DNA from: a virus
Taxonomy: Duplodnaviria; Caudoviricetes
Virus record (IMG/VR): IMGVR_UViG_3300034060_000102
Span: 1 to 30,068 of that record
Direction: 5' to 3' (one strand)
Length of the DNA: 30,068 nucleotides
This document shows, piece after piece, positions 26,323 through 30,068 of this stretch (positions are counted from its first letter, which is position 1; each line of letters begins with the position of its first letter). The position numbers and the translations under genes were made by a program. The notes beneath the pieces were generated by a model. It was not told the DNA's origin. It saw nothing but the letters and a program-made list of their open reading frames with translations, and did not search any database.

Positions 26323-26349
26323 AAGGGGCGTAAGCCCCTTTTCTATTTT
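26323..26349 (+). terminator. Rho-independent terminator
   Basis: AAGGGGC-GTAA-GCCCCTT followed by TTCTATTTT. Confidence 0.8.
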
Positions 26350-26364
26350 CAAACAAATCGGAAT

Positions 26365-26377
26365 TAAAAGGTTATTT
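26365..26377 (+). promoter_or_regulatory. Candidate late promoter element TAAAAGGTTATTT
   Basis: Directly after the terminator; identical to 15615-15627. Confidence 0.55.
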
Positions 26378-26384
26378 ATTTAAG

Positions 26385-26819
26385 ATGCATATCCTTCAAG
26401 TATCAGCTTCACCTCAAACCATTACGGTAATCCCTCGTGAGTTCGTTTACTCATCAGAGGATTTGGATTTATACTTCGAGCGTGTGTTGTTTGATGGTGG
26501 CACTTTAGAGGCCGCTGGATGCGTTCAGAGCGCAGTTAACGACCTTGATGGCGTTACACTATATTTGATTGATGAAAGCACCAACACAGAGCAAGAAATC
26601 AATCCTACAATAACAGAGGCCAATGGCTTTATGGATCTGACGGCAGTCTATACATTAGTCAACAACCGATTCTACGGCCTCAAATTAATATACGATGGTG
26701 ACCTTATCTACCGAGATAGGGTATTCGTAACTTCGCAAACAGATTTCGATAAATTTACCGTGAACCAAAACGTCTACACGGAAGAAACAAGCTACAATAA
26801 TGAGTACATCATCATCTAA
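26385..26819 (+). CDS. Hypothetical virion protein
   Basis: 144 aa directly before the portal gene; carries the RVxxDGG motif. Confidence 0.7.
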   Translation: MHILQVSASPQTITVIPREFVYSSEDLDLYFERVLFDGGTLEAAGCVQSAVNDLDGVTLYLIDESTNTEQEINPTITEANGFMDLTAVYTLVNNRFYGLKLIYDGDLIYRDRVFVTSQTDFDKFTVNQNVYTEETSYNNEYIII

Positions 26820-28563
26820 AGTCCACGTTGTGAACTTCAGTTCCTACACCACACCTGTTGTAAAAGAGGTGCAGGGCAAAGACTACGTTGAATACGGAGA
26901 TAACAACGACTACTTCGGCTATCTGATTGACAGGTACAACGGCTCACCTACCAATAATGCTATCCTCAATTCCTTGATGGATATGACCTTTGGTAAGGGC
27001 TTGGATGCAACGGACTCTGCCAAGAAGCCGAGCGAGTACGCAGCGATGCGTGGCCTGTTCACGAAAGCCTGCTTGCAGAAGGTCGTAGCCGATTACGTTA
27101 TGATGGGGCAATGCTCTTTTCAAGTGGTGTACTCCCAAGACCACAATATGATTGTAGAGGTGCAGCACATCCCCGTAGAGACGCTCCGCGCCGCAAGGTG
27201 CAACGAAGACGGGGAGGTTGAGGCGTACTACTACGCAAAGGATTGGAATGCCGTAAGCAGTAGAAAAGAGACTGCGGTTCGAATCCCTGCATTTGGCACA
27301 AGCCGTGAGGGATTGGAGATACTTTACATCAAGCCATACCGAGCAGGATTCTACTATTACTCCCCAGTAGACTATCAAGGTGGCCTTCCTTACGCAGAAC
27401 TTGAGGAGGAGATTGCCAACTACCACATCAACAACATTCAGAACGGTCTTGCACCTTCTATGCTTATCAACTTCAACAACGGCGTGCCGAGTGAAGAAGA
27501 ACGCAGGAGCATAGAGCAGCAGATTGCAACGAAGTTTAGCGGTAGTTCAAACTCTGGCAAGTTTATCCTTGCGTTCAACGACAATAAAGACCTTGCTGCA
27601 ACGGTTGATCCTGTTCAGCTATCGGATGCTGCGGATCAGTATCAGTTCTTGAGTACAGAAGCAACGCAGAAGATATTGGTTTCGCATCGTATCGTAAGCC
27701 CTATGCTTTTGGGTATTAAAGACAATACAGGATTCGGCAATAACGCAGATGAACTGAAGACCGCATCTACGCTTTTGGATAACCTTGTTATTCGCCCCAA
27801 GCAGGAGATTATCATTGACGGCATAGACCAAATCTTGGCCTACAACGACATCAGCCTAAACTTGTACTTCAAGACCCTTCAGCCTTTGGAGTTCACCGAA
27901 GACGTAGTTACGCCTATGGATTTAGAGACTCGTGAGGAGGAGACAGGCGTTAAGCTATCAAGCCAAGAGCCGAGCGATGAGCATTTCGATGCTATGTTCG
28001 CAGAGCTTGAAATATTAGGTGAGATCATCAACGAAGATGAATGGGAACTTGTAGATGAAAGACCCGTTGACTACGATGCGGAGCAGGCTTTAAGCAAGTA
28101 TGCATTCGCATCAACAGGCAGCGCATTCCCCAACGCCAAGAGCAGCCAAGATGGCGTAACGGCAGAAGGCAAGAGGTACAAGGTTCGTTATGGTTACGCA
28201 CCGAACGATACGAAGACCAATAGCCGTGAGTTCTGCAAGAAGATGGTATCAGCAAGTAAGGTCTACCGCAAGGAGGATGTGCTTCGTATGGGTGAACAAT
28301 CTGTGAATGCAGGGTTCGGCCCACAGGGAGCAGCAACCTATTCAATATGGCTTTACAAAGGCGGTGCAAGATGTCATCACTTCTGGATGCGTAAGACGTA
28401 CTTGGCAAAGGGCGAAGGCGTAACTCCCGATGTGGGTAACCCCAACGCAGAGGTGAGCGTAAACAAGGCAAAGGCAGAGGGCGTGGTACTTGAGACCAAT
28501 CCTACAAACGTAGCGAAACGCCCTGTTGATATGCCCAATGAAGGATTTATAAACCCACGATAA
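26800..28563 (+). CDS. Portal protein with C-terminal Cys/His extension
   Basis: YGDNNDY, SPTNNAI, NNIQNGLAPS, GSSNSGK, SPMLLGI portal-type pattern. Confidence 0.85.
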   Translation: MSTSSSKVHVVNFSSYTTPVVKEVQGKDYVEYGDNNDYFGYLIDRYNGSPTNNAILNSLMDMTFGKGLDATDSAKKPSEYAAMRGLFTKACLQKVVADYVMMGQCSFQVVYSQDHNMIVEVQHIPVETLRAARCNEDGEVEAYYYAKDWNAVSSRKETAVRIPAFGTSREGLEILYIKPYRAGFYYYSPVDYQGGLPYAELEEEIANYHINNIQNGLAPSMLINFNNGVPSEEERRSIEQQIATKFSGSSNSGKFILAFNDNKDLAATVDPVQLSDAADQYQFLSTEATQKILVSHRIVSPMLLGIKDNTGFGNNADELKTASTLLDNLVIRPKQEIIIDGIDQILAYNDISLNLYFKTLQPLEFTEDVVTPMDLETREEETGVKLSSQEPSDEHFDAMFAELEILGEIINEDEWELVDERPVDYDAEQALSKYAFASTGSAFPNAKSSQDGVTAEGKRYKVRYGYAPNDTKTNSREFCKKMVSASKVYRKEDVLRMGEQSVNAGFGPQGAATYSIWLYKGGARCHHFWMRKTYLAKGEGVTPDVGNPNAEVSVNKAKAEGVVLETNPTNVAKRPVDMPNEGFINPR

Positions 28564-28566
28564 GAA

Positions 28567-29067
28567 ATGGCAACGGCACTTTGGATTAAACGAGAGGACT
28601 TGGTTCGCAACACCGCTATTGGCGGTAATGTGGACACGGACAAATTTATCCAGTTCATTAAGATAGCACAGGAGATACACATCCAAAACTACACAGGCAC
28701 GAAGCTTTACGATAAGATCAGCAACGACATCATCGCAGGAACCCTTGCCAACCCTTACTTGGCTTTGGTAAACGACTACCTTCAGCCGATGCTTATCCAT
28801 TGGGCTATGGTGGAGTACTTGCCTTTCGCTGCGTACACTATCGGCAACGGTGGGGTGTTTAAGCACAACTCCGAGAACTCTACTACCGCAGAGAAGATTG
28901 AGGTTGACTATTTGGTTGGCAAGGCTCGTGATTTAGCGCAGTACTACACTGACAGGTTTATCACCTATATGAGCTACAATCAAGCGTCATTCCCTCAATA
29001 TAATTCAAACAACAATGCAGATGTCTACCCCGACACCGATGCGAACTTCGCCTCGTGGGTTCTCTAA
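28567..29067 (+). CDS. Head-tail adaptor/connector (putative)
   Basis: Helical 166 aa after the portal; AQ..HIQ.Y.GT.LY motif. Confidence 0.6.
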   Translation: MATALWIKREDLVRNTAIGGNVDTDKFIQFIKIAQEIHIQNYTGTKLYDKISNDIIAGTLANPYLALVNDYLQPMLIHWAMVEYLPFAAYTIGNGGVFKHNSENSTTAEKIEVDYLVGKARDLAQYYTDRFITYMSYNQASFPQYNSNNNADVYPDTDANFASWVL

Positions 29068-29140
29068 AAAGACCTACGAACCAAAGAAGGGCAATATCAT
29101 CAAGTTAAAGAGTTACTTAAAAGAGAACGATGGCAAATAA
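29039..29140 (+). CDS. Possible small basic protein (33 aa, start uncertain)
   Basis: MRTSPRGFSKKTYEPKKGNIIKLKSYLKENDGK bridges the gap between neighbours. Confidence 0.35.
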   Translation: MRTSPRGFSKKTYEPKKGNIIKLKSYLKENDGK

Positions 29141-29348
29141 TATCAATTGGGGACAGGTGTACTGCTCATCATACTTTGGAGATGAGGATTACAACACACG
29201 CACCTTGACGGGTGATGGTGTGCCTGCTTGCTTTGATAATGCCTTCACTTATGCTGAAAAGTATTCCGTCCGTGTGGTGGCAGATGGTGGAACGGTAGAG
29301 GCATTTGCCTGCTTGGTGGATGCAATTGACAGACTAAACTACAACTAA
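29130..29348 (+). CDS. Small virion protein carrying the RVxxDGG motif
   Basis: 72 aa directly before the fibre gene. Confidence 0.7.
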   Translation: MANNINWGQVYCSSYFGDEDYNTRTLTGDGVPACFDNAFTYAEKYSVRVVADGGTVEAFACLVDAIDRLNYN

Positions 29349-29350
29349 TT

Positions 29351-30068
29351 ATGAGCTATTTTGATGACGCAAGTCTTGTAATGATTCCTTCGGGTTACAA
29401 GAACGCAAAAGTTTACTCGGTCAAGCCGACCGATGGTACGGGCGACCTAACCTTCAGCCGTGCCTCAAGCGCCACCCGTGTGCAAAGTGACGGCCTAATT
29501 GAAAAGGTGCGTGAAAACTTGATTTTGCAAAGCCAAGATTTTACTACTACTTGGGCAGCGACTTCAGCAACTGTAACGGCTAACACTACCGCCAATCCTT
29601 TAAATGGAGTAGTGAACGCTGACACAATTACGCTTACTGGAGCAACGACTCAAAAGTATGTTGCTCAAGCATTTGTATTAAATGGCACCTACACGACAAG
29701 CGTATACTTAAAAGCTGGTACGCATCAGTTTGTACAGCTTATGTTGGGTACTGACCCTACGCCATTTGCTAATTTTGATTTAGTAAACGGAACTGCAAGT
29801 GCAACTAGCAGCACCGCAACTATTGTTGCCGCAGGCGGTGGTTGGTATAGATGTTCAATGTCGTTTACATCAGTGCTTGGCACAACAGTATTTATTACTG
29901 CCGCAGATTCTTTGGCAACCCCTCGCTTTCAGCCAACCGCTTCAACGGGTACATATATTGCGTTCGGTTACCAGCTCGAAACGGGTGACATAGCAACAGA
30001 CTACATTGCCACCACCACCGCAGCGGTATCAGTTGGCCCCGTTAGCGGTTTACCCCGTTTGGATTATT
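29351..30068 (+). CDS. Fibre/receptor-binding protein, 5' part (continues at window start)
   Basis: ATG 29351 MSYFDDASLVMIPSGYK...GDLTFSRASSATRV; open to the window end and in frame with base 1. Confidence 0.85.
   Translation, partial: MSYFDDASLVMIPSGYKNAKVYSVKPTDGTGDLTFSRASSATRVQSDGLIEKVRENLILQSQDFTTTWAATSATVTANTTANPLNGVVNADTITLTGATTQKYVAQAFVLNGTYTTSVYLKAGTHQFVQLMLGTDPTPFANFDLVNGTASATSSTATIVAAGGGWYRCSMSFTSVLGTTVFITAADSLATPRFQPTASTGTYIAFGYQLETGDIATDYIATTTAAVSVGPVSGLPRLDY
29618..30068. repeat. Terminal direct repeat / circular overlap, copy 2
   Basis: About 97% identical to 1-451. Confidence 0.95.

Noticed and set aside
999-29625. Minus-strand ORFs in the track (e.g. 26944-27426, 28342-28866, 28028-28471)
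   Set aside because: They are antisense shadows of well-supported + strand genes with no recognisable motifs.
1-30068. Integrase/lysogeny module, DNA polymerase, primase, tRNA, alternative genetic code
   Set aside because: No such motifs were recognised, and genes tile densely under the standard code with all three stop codons in use.

Overview
The window is an apparently complete, circularly permuted tailed-phage genome (Caudoviricetes, probably siphovirus-like) of about 29,617 bp. Bases 1-451 recur at 29618-30068 with 14 substitutions, and a ~599-aa fibre gene runs across that junction. All credible genes are on the + strand. Gene order is fibre, lysis (two holin-like proteins, M15 endolysin, u-spanin), an AT-rich palindromic region, early/replication genes (DUF3310, RusA, SSB-like, SF4 helicase, DnaA-type HTH, ECF sigma, nucleases, C5 methyltransferase), a glycosyltransferase/methyltransferase cassette, HNH and terminases, tail genes, then head genes. 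TAnnTTTG promoters and the lack of Shine-Dalgarno sites point to a Bacteroidota host. I recognised no integrase, polymerase, primase or tRNA. The most interesting signals are: (1) a hairpin at the 3' end of the SSB-like gene whose loop is antisense to a leader motif shared by 6-7 early genes, a candidate multi-target phage sRNA; (2) a 25-aa motif shared by three unrelated virion proteins; (3) a free-standing peptide resembling the ribonucleotide reductase C-terminal redox tail; (4) an EcoHK31I-beta-like ORF nested inside the methyltransferase; (5) a -1 frameshift in the tail chaperone gene; (6) apparent complete avoidance of CCGG. All calls come from reading the sequence by eye, with no database searches.
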